DNA of 64,000 nucleotides from the human T2T-CHM13v2.0 reference genome, Homo sapiens: NCBI GenBank assembly GCA_009914755.4, contig CP086569.2, positions 7,744,001 to 7,808,000 of the forward strand, read 5' to 3'. Shown piece by piece: positions 50,425 to 64,000 of this stretch (position 1 is its first letter; each line of letters starts with the position of its first letter). The notes under the pieces were generated by a model. It saw only the letters and a program-made list of their open reading frames with translations, ran no database searches and was not told where the DNA came from. The position numbers and the translations under genes were made by a program.

Positions 50425-51442
50425 TTACATTTTGGCATGATTTTGCAGTGGCTGGTAACGGTTGTTCCTTTCTATGTTTAGTGCTTCCTTCAGGAGCTCT
50501 TTTAGGGCAGGCCTGGTGGTGACAAAATCTCTCAGCATTTGCTTGTCTGTAAAGTATTTTATTTCTCCTTCACTTATGAAGCTTAGTTTGGCTGAATATG
50601 AAATTCTGGGTTGAAAATTGTTTTCTTTAAGAATGTTGAATATTGGCCCCCACTCTCTTCTGGCTTGTAGGGTTTCTGCCGAGAGATCTGCTGTTAGTCT
50701 GATGGGCTTCCCTTTGAGGGTAACCCGACCTTTCTCTCTGGCTGCCCTTAACATTTTTTCCTTCATTTCAACTTTGGTGAATCTGACAATTACGTGTCTT
50801 GGAGTTGCTCTTCTCAAGGAGTATCTTTGTGGTGCTCTCTGTATTTCCTGAATCTGAATGTTGGCCTGCCTTGCTAGATTGGGGAAATTCTCCTGGATAA
50901 TATCCTGCAGAGTGTTTTCCAACTTGGTTCCATTCTCCCCATCACTTTCATGTACACCAATCAGACGTAGATTTGGTCTTTTCCACATAGTCCCATATTT
51001 CTTGGAGGCTTTGCTCGTTTCTTTTTATTCTTTTTTCTCTAAACTTTCCTTCTCGCTTCATTTCATTCATTTCATCTTCCATTCCTGATACCCTTTCTTC
51101 CACTTGATCACCTCGGCTCCTGAGGCTTCTGCATTCTTCACGTAGTTCTCGAGCCTTGGTTTTCAGCTCCATCAGCTCCTTTAAGCACTTCTCTGTATTG
51201 GTTATTCTAGTTATACATTCTTCTAAATTTTTTTCAAAGTTTTCAACTTCTTTGCCTTTGGTTTGAATGTCTTCCTGTAGCTCAGAGTAATTTGATCGTC
51301 TGAAGCCTTCTTCTCTCAGCTTGTCAAAGTCATTCTCCATCCAGCTTTGTTCCATTGCTGGTGAGGAGCTGCATTCCTTTGGAGGAGGAGAGGCGCTCTG
51401 ATTTTTAGAGTTTCCAGTTTTTCTATTCTGTTTTTTCCCCAT
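50425..51442 (-). pseudogene. L1 ORF1 remnant, split into two overlapping frames.
   Basis: MGKKQNRKTGNSKNQSASPPPKE... shifts frame into ...LIGVHESDGENGTKLENTLQDIIQENFPNLARQANIQIQEIQRAPQRY... Confidence 0.85.
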
Positions 51443-52616
51443 CTTTGTGGTTTTATCTACTTTTGGTCTTTGATGATGGTGATGTACAGATGGGTTTTTG
51501 GTGTGGATGTCCTTTCTGTTTGTTAGTTTTCCTTCTAACAGACAGGACCCTCAGCTGCAGGTCTGTTGGAGTACCCTGCAGTGTGAGGTGTCAGTGTGCC
51601 CCTGCTGGAGGGTGCCTCCCAGTTAGGCTGCTCGGGGGTCAGGGGTCAGGGACCCACTTGAGGAGGCAGTCTGCCTCTTCTCAGATCTCCAGCTGGGTAC
51701 TGGGAGAACCACTGCTCTCTTCAAAGCTGTCAGACAGGGACATTTAAGTCTGCAGAGGTTACTGCTGTCTTTTTGTTTGTCTGTGCCCTGCCCCCAGAGG
51801 TGGAGCCTACAGATGCAGGCAGGCCTCCTTGAGCTGTGGTGGGCTCCACCCAGTTCGAGCTTCCTGGCTGCTTTGTTTACCTAAGCAAGCCTGGGCAATG
51901 GTGGGTGCCCCTCCCCCAGCCTCGCTGCTGCCTTGCAGTTTGATTTCAGACTGCTGTGCTAGTAATCAGCGAGACTCCGTGGGGTAGGACCCTCCGAGCC
52001 AGATGCGGGATATAATCTGGTGGTGCGCCGTTTTTTAAGCCCGTCGGAAAAGCACAGTATTCCGGTGGGAGTGACCCGATTCTCCAGGTACCGTCCGTCA
52101 CCCCTTTCTTTGATTAGGAAAGGGAACTCCCTGACCCCTTGTGCTTCCTGAGTGAGGCAATGCCTCACCCTGCTTCGGCTCGCGCTCGGTGCACACACCC
52201 ACTGACCTGCGCCCACTGTCTGGCACTCCCTAGCGAGATGAACCCGGTACCTCAGATGGAAATGCAGAAATCACCCGTCTTCTGCGTCGCTCATGCTGGG
52301 AGCTGTAGACTGGAGCTCTTCCTATTCGGCCATCTTCGATTGATAGCTTTTATTGTAGTTTATGTCTCACTAGGTTAATTTCAGATTCATGATGAGGAAA
52401 TACTTGAGCTCCTAATTGTAGATCAAAGAAGTTATTACACTGAGGCAAACATTAGTTTTCATCCTGTATTTGCTAGAGAATTCCTCTTTATTTTTCTTGA
52501 AGTTCCTGGTAGTTTTCTTTGATGTTAGTCTTCTTAGTCTAATGAATTATTCCATTACCTAGGTCCCTTGGTACTTGTCCCCCAGTGTGCCAATCTAAAA
52601 ATTGTTTGTTCAGTTT

Positions 52617-52905
52617 CTTTGTTGGGTTGGAGTCTTGTTCTCAGCAGGTCAGAGTGTGTTGGTGAGATGATAGCTCACTATGACCTCAAATTCCTGGTCT
52701 CAAGCAATTCTCGTGTTTCACCCTCCTGCATTGCTGTGCCTACAAGTGTGCACCACCACACATAGCTAAATTTGTTTTTCTTTTTTCTATATTTTTGTAG
52801 AGATAGGATCTCATTGCATTGTCATAGCTGATGTGAAACCTCTGGGCTCAAGCTGTCCAGCTGCCTCAGCCTTCCACGCCGGTTCACAGTGTGAGCCATT
52901 GCACC
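52617..52905 (-). mobile_element. Old Alu (AluJ-like).
   Basis: gagtcttgttctcagcaggtcagagtgtgttggtgagatgatagctcactatgacctcaaattcctgg...cacgccggttcacagtgtgagccattgcacctgtcc. Confidence 0.7.
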
Positions 52906-54689
52906 TGTCCATCCAGGTTCTGAGACCTGAATGATACTTATGCGCATGGCATTCTTACTGGGTATGTGAAGATACTAAGAACTAAAAGAGCATTTTGTAG
53001 ATAAGCAATCACTGGGCTTAAATAAAATTTAATAATAATATTAATGCTTGAAAGGTACACTTGAAGGAGTCCAGCATTTTTAAGTTAAGAGCATGCCAAA
53101 AAAGTGCAGAGTTGTGAAATATATGGGGGTGTAAATTACTTATTAAGATTGTGCAGGGATGTTGAAACCTTAACACAAGATCCTTAGTGTAGGATTTGAA
53201 ATTATCTGAGGAGAGAATTTAGTTCTAAGCAGCATGAGGTGTGGACAGTAGGATCGAATAGAAGTAATGTTTTTGAGAAGGGTAAGTGTAAGATTTCAGA
53301 CTGAAGAGAAGAAAGCAAGACAATAAAGTAACAGTTCTTAGCAAAGAAATTCAAGCAGAACAAATTAAAATTCTTACCTAGCCCTCCATCATAACATGGA
53401 GGAAATTCAAAACTGCCATTTTCAATTTTACATTTCACATGTAGAGTATTTGTGAAGTTACGTATTGATTGATTTCAGAATACATATGCCAGCACATTTC
53501 CATTAGAAATCTAGCCAGTGAACACATGACAGGTGAAAGACTGACCTCTCCGAATTAGCATGTGAAGAGTATGTTAAAGGAGGAAGTTTTCTATTTTTGA
53601 AAGAGGTACAATGTTGTAATGACCCTTTTAAAAGTATTGCTAACTATAGTAAAAGTAAATATTGGCCATCACTAGGAGAGCTGCACTAGTAAACTTCAAT
53701 TTGTCAACATTTACAATAGAGCCAATTACTTAGAGATAAAGGAGCACTTTTATGTAAAAATTTAGCATACAGTCGTTCAAAGGTAGCAATATTTGTGTGT
53801 GTGTGGTGGATTGAACAACATGGGAAAATTTACCTTCTTCAGCTGAGAAGGGACAACGTATGTAAACTTTATATTCCTAAAGAGTTTGATGGTTTTACAT
53901 GTTTTCCCTGTGTCATTAGTAGTCATCAGTAATTCATACATATGAAAAGAAAAATAATAGCCAACTAGTTTTTAACAATTAAAAACGAACTTTTACCTAA
54001 GAATTAATGTTTGGCTTCAGCTTCATTAGAAGAACTGGTCTTGTGGAGCCATGGTAATATCCAAAGCCATAAGAAATATTTAAGTGTCATGAATGTCTAG
54101 TAATTTAGGGAAAGAAGAATAGAGTCATACAAGAAATAATTTTAAAAAGTTGTTTTACAGAAGAAAAAACAGTGTTTCAGATTTTGTGTCCTTTACATAA
54201 TATTTAATCATTTTAACATTAAATATCCCATGTCACTTGGATGAGAGAATTATGGAGGTCCTCCACACAGAGAGCCAGTCTCTTCCTGGAGAATTGACCT
54301 TGTGTCACCAAGAGATGAGGGTTATGCAACTAAGGATAGGTAAAGGAAAAATGGAAAAATAGTTGACTTTTGTTGTGGTGATGAAATTCACATAACAAAA
54401 TTAAACATTTAAAGATAAATACTTAAGTGGCATTTAATACATTCTGTGTGGTGCAACAACTACGTCCATCTAGTTCTAAAACATTTTCATCACTCCAAAC
54501 TACAGCTCCACTACCAGTTAAGCAGTTCCTTTCATTTTCTCCCTTCTGTCAGCCACTAGCAAACAACAATCTGTTTTCTGTCTCTGAACTTACCTGTTCT
54601 GGACATTTCATGTTAATGGGCCCAAACATTACATGACTTTTTGTAACTGTCAGCTTTCATTTGCATGATGCCATGAAGGTTCATTTACA

Positions 54690-55190
54690 TTGTAGCACTT
54701 CTCTCCTTACACAAGCTGTTAGCCCATTATTTTGTTTGGGTTGTTTCCACCACAGTATTTCTATATGCACATATTTGTTTGGGTACACTTATTCAATTCT
54801 TGATATATATGAGTGGAATTTCTTGGTCTTACGATAATTGTGTTTATTTTCTTGAGTAAGCACCACATTTCTCCATAGTAGCTGCATCATTTTCCATCCC
54901 AACTAGCATTGTATCAGGGATCCAAATTATCTACATCCTCTCAAACACTTGCTACTTCCTGCTTTTTAAAATCTATTTCCATTCCAGTATGTGTGAAGTA
55001 TGGTATCTCATTTTGGTTTTGAAATGCATTTTCTGAATAACTATTATGATTATTTGTTCCATGTGCTTTTTGAGCATTTACATATTTTATTTGGATAAAT
55101 ATCTATTCAAGCGTTTAACCCTTTATTTTGTTTAAGTTGTAATTTAGTTACGTTTTGAATACTAGAAGTTGATAATTTAAAATGTGTTGC
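54690..55190 (-). mobile_element. Ancient L1 fragment (ORF2 3' region, antisense) between RBMY exons 5 and 6.
   Basis: ...ttctccatagtagctgcatcattttccatcccaactagcattgtatc...cagtatgtgtgaagtatggtatctcattttggttttgaaatgcattttctg...gagcatttacatattttatttggataaatatctattcaag parallels antisense L1 text (gtggtgtgagatg...gtggttttgatttgcatttc...gagcatttttt). Confidence 0.55.
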
Positions 55191-56224
55191 TTTAACTTAT
55201 GCAAGCAGAATTCATACAAGTTTCCGAGACACCAGGGATGATGCTCCACTGTGTAGAGATTATGGATACCATGATTCTGGTGGTTCTAGTAGGGATGAAC
55301 AGTCCTCTAGAGGAAATAGGTACTATAATATTTTCTGGTTTTGTCAAAGAGATTTCTTAAGTTGCTCCTGCTGATATTAGCAAACTTTTTTAAATTTAGT
55401 GACTGTGATGGCTACAGAGTGGGCCATGGTAGAGATCATTCCGAAAGTCCAAGTGGAAGTTCTTACAGAGATGCATATCAGAGTTATGGTAAGTGTCCAG
55501 GTTTGATTTGTAAATTATAGTATTATATTTAATAGACCAGATCATTGCTTTAATAAAATTTTAAGGAAAATCTTAAAGGAAAAATATAACATGTTTAAAC
55601 ACTGAGAATTGCTAACAGTATAATGCATAGTGAATATGTAGGTGAGAACTTCAGTTCATTTTCAGAAAATGTGACTTAATTTTTATTTTAAAATAAACTT
55701 TCTTATGCTTCAAAATACAATTCTTATACTTCTTTTAAATAAAATCTTTTGACTATTTCGGGCATAATTAATATGCTGTCAACGGAGACAGAGGAAAGCA
55801 GACTTTTCCAAATAGTACTTTAACTGAGACACGCATTAGTGCTACCAATAGAAATGTTTAAATTTAGTTCACTGTAAGTTCCATATTTTATCAACCTTGC
55901 AGGGACCTCTCATGGTGCACCACCTGCACGAGAGCCTTGGATGAGTTATGGTGGAAATAGTTGCTCTGATTATAACAGTACATGAGATAGATATGGCAGA
56001 AGTCAGGAGAGTTACTCACGGAGCTGTGGTAATTTATATTCCTGTTTTCATGAGCACAATGGCAGGAAGGAATGAAGGAATCTACCTTTTCTGGATAGGG
56101 TGCACCCTTCTCCTCGTGAAGGATGTGGTAGCTCAAGTTATGGGGCACTTACAGGAAGTGGTGGGGCAAGCCAAGGTGAAAAAGGAGACTGAAGCAGATA
56201 TTAAAGGAGATATTAAAAATAATA

Positions 56225-56370
56225 GTTACCTTGGTACTCAGGAGGCTAAGGCAGGAGAATTGCTTGAACCCAGGAGACAGAGGTTGCAGTGAGCTAAGAT
56301 CTCGTCACTGCACTCCAGCCTGGGCAACAAAGCGAAACTGTCACACAAAATAAAAAGAGAAAAAGAAAAG
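56225..56370 (+). mobile_element. Alu right-arm fragment immediately downstream of the RBMY stop codon.
   Basis: ggtactcaggaggctaaggcaggagaattgcttgaacccaggagacagaggttgcagtgagctaagatctcgtcactgcactccagcctgggcaacaaagcgaaactgtcacacaaaataaaaag. Confidence 0.8.
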
Positions 56371-57244
56371 AAAATAGTAATTGCATTCCAAAACTTGCTT
56401 GCAAATCAAAAATTAAAATGTTATTTCTACATCATTACATGAGTACCACTAAAAAAAATATGTTGATTTTGGGGGAGAGGTAGATCCTAACTTCCTCCAT
56501 GAATTTTTTGAAAGGTATTAAGATGAAAAGGAATTTTTTCATAGTAATTTCATAATTGTTAATCCTATTTGAAAACTATCTGTTTTGATGATATGGCTGT
56601 ATTAAAATTTTCAGAATAAAATTATACATGTAATGCATAATGCCTGATTTTATTGCCACACATGCTTAAAAGCAAATTTAATAGGAGATTAAATTGTGAT
56701 GTTTGTCAAAAATTTTCTTTTGTAGCTTTGAATATAAATAGATACAGAAATCGGCACAGATTACATCTCCCTTGCAAGCTGCACACATTTTCTAATTAGG
56801 CTGTGTTTCTCTTTAAAACTCTTTAAAAACTTACGAGCTTTAAAAGTTTGAGAGTCTTCAGAAAGACTGCAAAACTGTCTGCCTCACCATAAAATGTTTA
56901 TCATTCAAAGGAATCATGTAGGTCAAAGGAAATAATTAGATATCGTTGATACTAAAGTTTAAGACATCCAGAACATTCTTTTTGAAGCATTTTGTGACTG
57001 AAAGGGGTAATGGGGATGTAAATATTTTTTCCACCTAAATAAATACTGAACCAGCTATGTTTCATAAGTACATAGCTTAATGAAATTAGGTGTTCCTACT
57101 TTAAATAGTGGAAAATAAGTTCTTTTACATGGGAGGTACTCATGTTATTTCCTATAATATTTGACAATGGTTTTTGTTAAGAAATGGTTTAGCAATAACT
57201 TCTTACAAATAGAGATTATCTAGAAGGCTTGGGATTTTATCAGT

Positions 57245-57555
57245 TTTTTTTATTTTTATTTTATTACTTATTTATTTATTTATTTTTAAGACAGAGTCTA
57301 GGTTTGTCACCCAAGCTGGGGTGCATTAGCTGAATCTTGGCTCACTGTAACCACTACCTTCTGGGTTCAAGCTATTCTCCTGCCTCTGCATCCTGAGTAA
57401 CTGGGTTTACAGGTGTGTGCCACCACATTTGGCTAATATTTTTGTATTTCTACTACAGACAGCATTTCACCATGCTGGCCAGAGTGCTCTTAAAATCCTG
57501 ATTCACCCTCCTCGGCCTCCCAAAGTGCTAGGATTACAAGCCTGGGTCCCCAGGC
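57245..57555 (-). mobile_element. Alu SINE.
   Basis: T-rich tail (tttatttatttatttttaagacagagtctaggtttgtcacccaagctgg...), ending ...cccaaagtgctaggattacaagcctgggtcccc. Confidence 0.85.
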
Positions 57556-58064
57556 TCAGACTACCAGATTTAAGTGAATATATGAATAGGAATGCTTTAA
57601 ATCTCATGGTTTTTGGAAAGTGAAGTGTATAAATGTAAAACAACATCATAAAGTTTCAGATAGGTGGTTGTTTAAAGGTTTAAGATATCATCTAATGATA
57701 AAAATGAAAAGGTTTGGACCCCAATAAGTAAACCAATTAATTTGCCTGATCATGTAACCTAAAAAAATGAAATATATGAAGATCCAGAGTTTTACAGTCC
57801 ATAATTCTTAAAATTAATAGAATAATCTGTAAAGGTGATGTATTTTTATGAGAAAATTTTGACAAGATCAAAATTTTTTATAGGGTAAGGTTGCAAATAA
57901 TTTTAAAGGGAGAAGTTACCAACTTCGATTTTCAAGTGAGTTATTTATGTTACGAAGTTGTGTTTTCATTCACCTATAATGTAGGATTGTGAGGATTAAG
58001 TGAAAGGATACAACTCACTAGTTATGTGTATCTTCACAGTAGCAACACAAGAAACAGTTTCTGT

Positions 58065-58375
58065 CCAGGCGTGATAGCTCAGTTTTTATATCCCAGCATT
58101 TTGTGTGGCTGAGGTGGGCATATCACCCCAACTCAGGAGTTTGATACCAGCCTGGGAAACATGGAGAAATCTTGTCTGTATAGACAAAACATTACTGGAT
58201 GTGGTAGTGCATCAACGTAATCCCCAATCCTTGGGGGCTGAGGCGGGAGGATTGCTTGAGCCCATGATGTCCAGGCTGCAGTGAGCCTGTTTTCTCCACT
58301 GCATTTCAGCCTGCATGACAAAGTGATACCCTGCCAAAAACAAAAACAAAAACAAAACAAAAAAAAGAAAAAATG
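58065..58375 (+). mobile_element. Alu SINE (older subfamily).
   Basis: ggcgtgatagctcagtttttatatcccagcattttgtgtggctgaggtgggcatatcacc...gcctgcatgacaaagtgataccctgccaaaaacaaaaacaaaaacaaaac. Confidence 0.85.
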
Positions 58376-58698
58376 TGTCTATGATACTCTGTCCCTAAGC
58401 TTTTTTAACCCCAATTATCTCCATGAGGCATTCTGTCATAACGTTTAAAAGGTATGGGAAACAGGAGAGTAACCTATAAGATACAGTTTATCAACCTTGG
58501 AATAGGGATTCTGTTCAGCAAGTTAGAGTAAATGCCGAAAGACCTTTAAATAAAAAGAGCTAAAGCCTTATTGTGTCATTTTTCATAGGAATATAATGCT
58601 TTTGAATGAATAATAGGATTTTTAAATCATCTTTGTCCACACGCATTGCTATGAGAAAATAACTGGACTTGGTGGTTTTTAACAAACATTTCTTGTAA

Positions 58699-59108
<410 letters not shown>

Positions 59109-59759
59109 ACTTCCTGGATTTTAAACACCCATCTTGCTGAGTCTACACATGGTAGAAGTGGCTTGGTAACTCTATAGTCTTTTAGGAGGGTGCTAATAAC
59201 ATTTATGAGGGTGCTGTCTTCCTGACCTGATTACTTCCCATCAAAGGCCAAACCCTTCCAGAGGGCAGCCAATTGACACTTCCACATGTTGAGCTTAAGG
59301 ATGGTGATGTGAGGATGGCAGTGATGATTTAATGAATTCTTTGGTTTGCAGTTTTTAATGCCTCCGGTGTTGGCATCAAATTTTAAGGGCATGAAGATAA
59401 TTTTTTAAATTGTTCAAATGTAGTCATCCACCTTCAGCTTACAAGGCTTGGGGACAACTGGGCAGTTTTAGTTTTCAGTGATGCTAAATCATGAAAGGGG
59501 ACACAGAGTTGAAATTTTAGTTTAGAGAGTTGTAGCTATATATTGGATAAAATCAGAATTGAAATTGTAGACTAATAAAATATGTAAGACAACTCACATG
59601 GGTGGTTTTAGTATTCCATTGAAACAAAATTCTTTCTGAAGTTACTTCTCTTGACTCTTGTTCACAAAATAAGTCTAGTCTGACTAGATTTATCATCATT
59701 TTTTACCTAAGTGCAGTAAGATCTGTCAGTGACCACAAAATTATACATATAACTTTTTA

Positions 59760-60030
59760 AATTAGAGACAGTGTCCAGTTCACTGCAGTCTCAACCTTAT
59801 GGGCTCAAGTGATCCTCCCACCTCAGCCTCCTAAGTAGCTGAGACCATAGACACAAGCCATCATGCTTGGCTGATTTTGTACGTTGTTTGTTTGTCTGTT
59901 TGTTTGATTTTGGAGATGGGGTTTTACCATGTTGCCTAGGCTAGTCTTGAACTTCTGGGCTCAAGTGATTCTCCCACCTCTGCCTCTGAATGTTCAGGGA
60001 TTACAGGTGTGAGCCACCATGCATGGCCAC
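59760..60030 (-). mobile_element. Old Alu (AluJ-like).
   Basis: gagacagtgtccagttcactgcagtctcaaccttatgggctcaagtgatcctcccacctcagcctcc...ggattacaggtgtgagccaccatgcatggcc. Confidence 0.8.
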
Positions 60031-60378
60031 AGAGGCCTTTCCAGTTTACTGTGTGAGAACTTTATATTATTAGTTTCAGATTATACTTTTTAAAGCCTCG
60101 AGACTAGAACCAAGCCAGGAACTTGCCACCAGGCTTCCCTTTCAGAACCTATACAGTTAGTTGAATTCCTTTCCTCTCAAAGTCCCCAAATATTGTGAGG
60201 TTCCAGAGCTTGCCCAGAAGTGACCTGTCTCTCACCTCTCTTAGGCTAGGAAGTCTAACCAATTACCAGGCTGGTTTTTCAAGAGTGCTGTATAAGTATT
60301 TTCTCCACAGTCAACTTTAGTTCTTAAAGCTGCTTGGTTATCCCTGATTTTATGCAAAACATTCTTAAATGTATTTGA

Positions 60379-60725
<347 letters not shown>

Positions 60726-60896
60726 TTAGGTTCTGTTGAAAGGAGAACACATTCTTACTGAACTTTATAAATGCCTCAATTGCCATATAAATTTTTATAG
60801 AATCTTAAATGTCCATTGAACCTAACACAGCTTAACTAGTAAATTAGTAAATCCAAGAAGGATACAAATGACAAACGTATTCTCTTTTTTTTCTTT

Positions 60897-61200
<304 letters not shown>

Positions 61201-62294
61201 ATGCCTGGCCAACAAATGTCTTTTTATACTTAATAATAACAGCAATTTGTAATATGTAGCTGTTTGTGTTAAACAATTTTAAAGTAATCCTAGTTACCAA
61301 ATATTTGCATGAGTCGCAAACTTGAATACATATTTCTAGGATTATTAAGAGTATGTCATTCACAATAGTATTCATTTATCTCTAAGCCAGTTTGAATAGC
61401 ACCCCTTTAAATGATATTAAAAATTAACTTGGTAATAATATCCAGAGGTAGAAATATATCACACACACACAGCATATATGCATAAAAATAGATAGACGCC
61501 AACAGATTTTATAGCTCTCCTAAAACTTAGTCATGAATCAGACAATAGAGTAATATAAAACTCGCTTGTTTATATCCATTTTATATTTTGTCTAAATTGT
61601 TCTTCTGGGAAATGAGACAAGGTTGCCTATTCAATAGGAGGACTAATACCTTTTGTCTGTATTGTTGAAGAAGACTTTTATGATATTATTTTGCCCCAAT
61701 ATTTACTCTATGGAGCCAGAGGGCTACATTTTAGGCATAGAATACATATAGTTGCAGTCTGGATGTCTCCAAAGGCTGGGTAGATAAAATACTCAATCCC
61801 TTCTAATTAGCATTTTTCATTTCAACTTCAGGCCAGTAATTTTTTGGAGGGTGGAGAAGATACTTGAGTCTCTCAAGAGCTTCTGATTTAGTGGGCCTAA
61901 ATTTCTGTTGACTATATGTAGAGAGTTGAAGGTTGAAATAGGAAGGAAAAGGCTTGTTTAGGGGTAGATAGAAGAATAGTTGATGAGAGGTTTGAAAGAG
62001 GGTATGTCAGTTGATTCAAGGAAGGTAAAGGGAAGATTGAAGGTGGTGAGAGGAGAAACAAGAAACATGAGAAATAAGAAGGAAGACTTCAAAGAGGCAC
62101 TAGTGTAGGGAGATGTTAAGTTTCTCAAACATCATTGAAGTTCTAAGTTATCCTTAAAAAATGCATGCCAAGAAGGATATAGAGTAAGCAAAGCCTAAAG
62201 TCCACAAGAGTTCAAGAAGGTGGGTTTTAGTTGGCTATGAGACTTCCATGGGAAAGGCAAGAATCCAAATAAAGAACAGAGAGGGGTCAAAGAG

Positions 62295-62395
62295 TTTCAG
62301 TGCAGATTAGAGATAGAGACAGTGAGACAGAAAGATAGATAGAGATAGAGAAAGATAGAGATGGATAAACATAGAGATAAACTTCATGACAGGCC
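62295..62395. repeat. (AGATAGAGA)n-like simple repeat.
   Basis: gattagagatagagacagtgagacagaaagatagatagagatagagaaagatagagatggataaacatagagataaac. Confidence 0.8.
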
Positions 62396-62399
62396 AGAA

Positions 62400-64000
62400 A
62401 GATGGGGAAATTCCCATTAAGGAAAAAAGTCTCCAACGTAGGGAATCAAGAAATAGTCTGCACTCAGAAAAGAGAGTAAAGGAAAGCCAGCCAATGGAGT
62501 CAAGGAAAACCCCACTCAGAAAGTAGCAAGGAAAAAAGATGTTTAGCATAATCAGGGAAAAAAAATCTTACTTAGGAATAGACACCCAAGAGGACAACTC
62601 TAGCCGAAAATGTCAGAGAATGGGCCCCTATTGGGAAGAAAAAGGGTATACAACAAAAAGCATAAAGGAATAATCCCAAACATGAAGTAAAGCCAACAAA
62701 AAAAGAGTTCCAGACTTGGAAATCAGGAAACAATTTCCAGTCAGATTAGAGAACAAGGCAAGAGAGACTTGCAACCCCAGGGAGTCAGGGAATAATCATA
62801 AGAAAAATGATAACCTGGGAAAAGAAAATGTCACCCTAGGAGACAGGGAATAATACCCAATAAAGGAAAAGAGCCAGGAAGATGAAATTTCCAACTAAGG
62901 TATCAGGAAATATTACTCAGAAAATTGGAATAATCTGTAATAAGGGAAAAAAAGTTAAGAAAAAACAAAACAAGAAAATGTTCATCTCCTGGAGTCAGAC
63001 AGTAATCCCTACTAAGGGAAAAACCAGGAGAAAAATACTTTCTGCACGCTAGGAATAAATGTCACTCAGGAAAGATAGCCCATAAGAAGGAACTTCTACC
63101 TAAGAAAGTTAGAATAATCATTATTAATTTTTTAAAGAGAGAAAAGGAAGGATTTAAAATGAAATCAGGGTATAATCCCCATCAGGAAATAGAGTCAGAA
63201 AGAAGAATTTTGTGCCCAAATGTGAGAGAAAAATTTCAAATCAGGAAAAAGAGTGAGGGATGACAAACTTCTGTCCCCACGGAGCCAGGAAATAATCTTC
63301 AATCATGAAAAGAAATAGAGAAACAGTCTTTCACCACAGAGCTCATTTAATATTTACCTCAGAGAAAAGAATGAAGGAAAAAAAAAAGAAGTTCAGTCCA
63401 AGGATTCAGAGAATAATACTAATTTAGGACAGGGAACCAAGAAGAGACTGTGAGCTCAGAATCACATGAGAATTATTCTCACTTAGGAGAGAGAGACAAT
63501 CTAGTAGTCAGAAAAAATGTTACCCATTAACAAAGAGAAGAGAAAGAAGAGATATCTATCCAGAGAGTCAGAAAAGAGAGCTAATAAGTGACTTACAGCT
63601 CAGGTGCCAGGGAATAAATTCCATTTCATAAGAGAGCCAGGAGAAAGGTCTTTCAAAGCATGAGGTGAGAGAATAATTTTTACTCAAGGAAGAGGTCTGG
63701 AAAGACATGATGTCCAATGAGGATAATAATTTATCTTATGAAACAGAGCCCAGAAAAACAGGTTTTTACTCCAGGAGTCAGGAAATTTCTACACAGGAAA
63801 TAGAGCCAGGATTTTTTTTTTTTCCTGCTCAGCAAAGAAGGCCAGAAATTTCCAAACAGGAGCCCAGGGAAAAGTCTTCAGTCAGAAAAACAATCAAAAA
63901 CAATAATTTTCTACTCCAGGAGGCATGGAACACCTCCCATTGAAGTAAAATAGCCAGAAAAAAAGAGTACTATCCCAGAAATCAGGAAATAATTTCTATT
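62400..64000. repeat. Purine-rich degenerate tandem array with a unit of about 58-62 bp (CCWGGAGTCAGGGAATAATCCCNACTMAGGAAAAGAGCCAGGAAGANAAATTTCNA-like). It runs to the end of the window, and the family is not identified.
   Basis: The motif ...gagtcagggaataat...aaggaaaagagccaggaa... recurs at about 60-bp spacing through the last 1.6 kb. Examples are 62770-62830, 62831-62890, 62990-63050 and 63780-63840. Confidence 0.7.

Noticed and set aside
55948-56292. 114-aa + strand ORF (MVEIVALIITVHEIDMAEV...) overlapping the RBMY terminal exon
   Set aside because: It is in the wrong frame relative to the RBMY homology. The RBMY frame, which does show homology, carries three stop codons here. This ORF is a chance open frame that continues into an Alu fragment.

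Overview
This window is primate nuclear DNA, almost certainly human or great ape, and contains no prokaryotic gene system. It holds no intact protein-coding gene, no tRNA or rRNA, no CRISPR array, and nothing arranged like an operon. About 80-85% of it is repeats and transposable elements. Three results stand out.

1. An unprocessed, multiply disabled pseudogene of the RBMY family (Y-linked, testis RNA-binding motif protein) lies on the + strand at 39127-56204. Eight exons are recognisable, with a single SRGY box, which is the RBMY2 or RBMX pattern. Its lesions are a GC splice donor on exon 1, a 1-nt deletion in exon 2, an Alu insertion inside coding exon 4 with an 18-bp target-site duplication, a full-length L1 in the following intron, and four premature stop codons.

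2. A 4.95-kb betaretrovirus-like (HERV-K-type) provirus lies on the minus strand at 33823-38769. It keeps gag, protease and env but has lost pol. Its two LTRs are about 584 bp long and roughly 10-15% diverged. It sits about 360 bp upstream of the RBMY ATG exon, and an inverted 47-bp copy of its LTR terminus lies in RBMY intron 1. A solo ERV9 LTR (LTR12) fills most of that same intron.

3. The first 8.4 kb is a degenerate tandem array with a unit of about 73 bp. Kilobase-scale blocks recur within it, and many units carry the 10-bp palindrome CACCTAGGTG. A second, purine-rich tandem array with a unit of about 60 bp occupies 62400-64000.

The remainder is ordinary repeat background:
- three young L1PA elements, two of them full-length with target-site duplications;
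- several ancient L1M fragments and a THE1/MST-type MaLR LTR;
- a class-I ERV integrase fragment interrupted by an Alu;
- at least 14 Alu elements;
- a MER1-like hAT DNA transposon.

The Y-chromosome-type genomic context is an inference from the RBMY homology and the repeat density, not a measured result.
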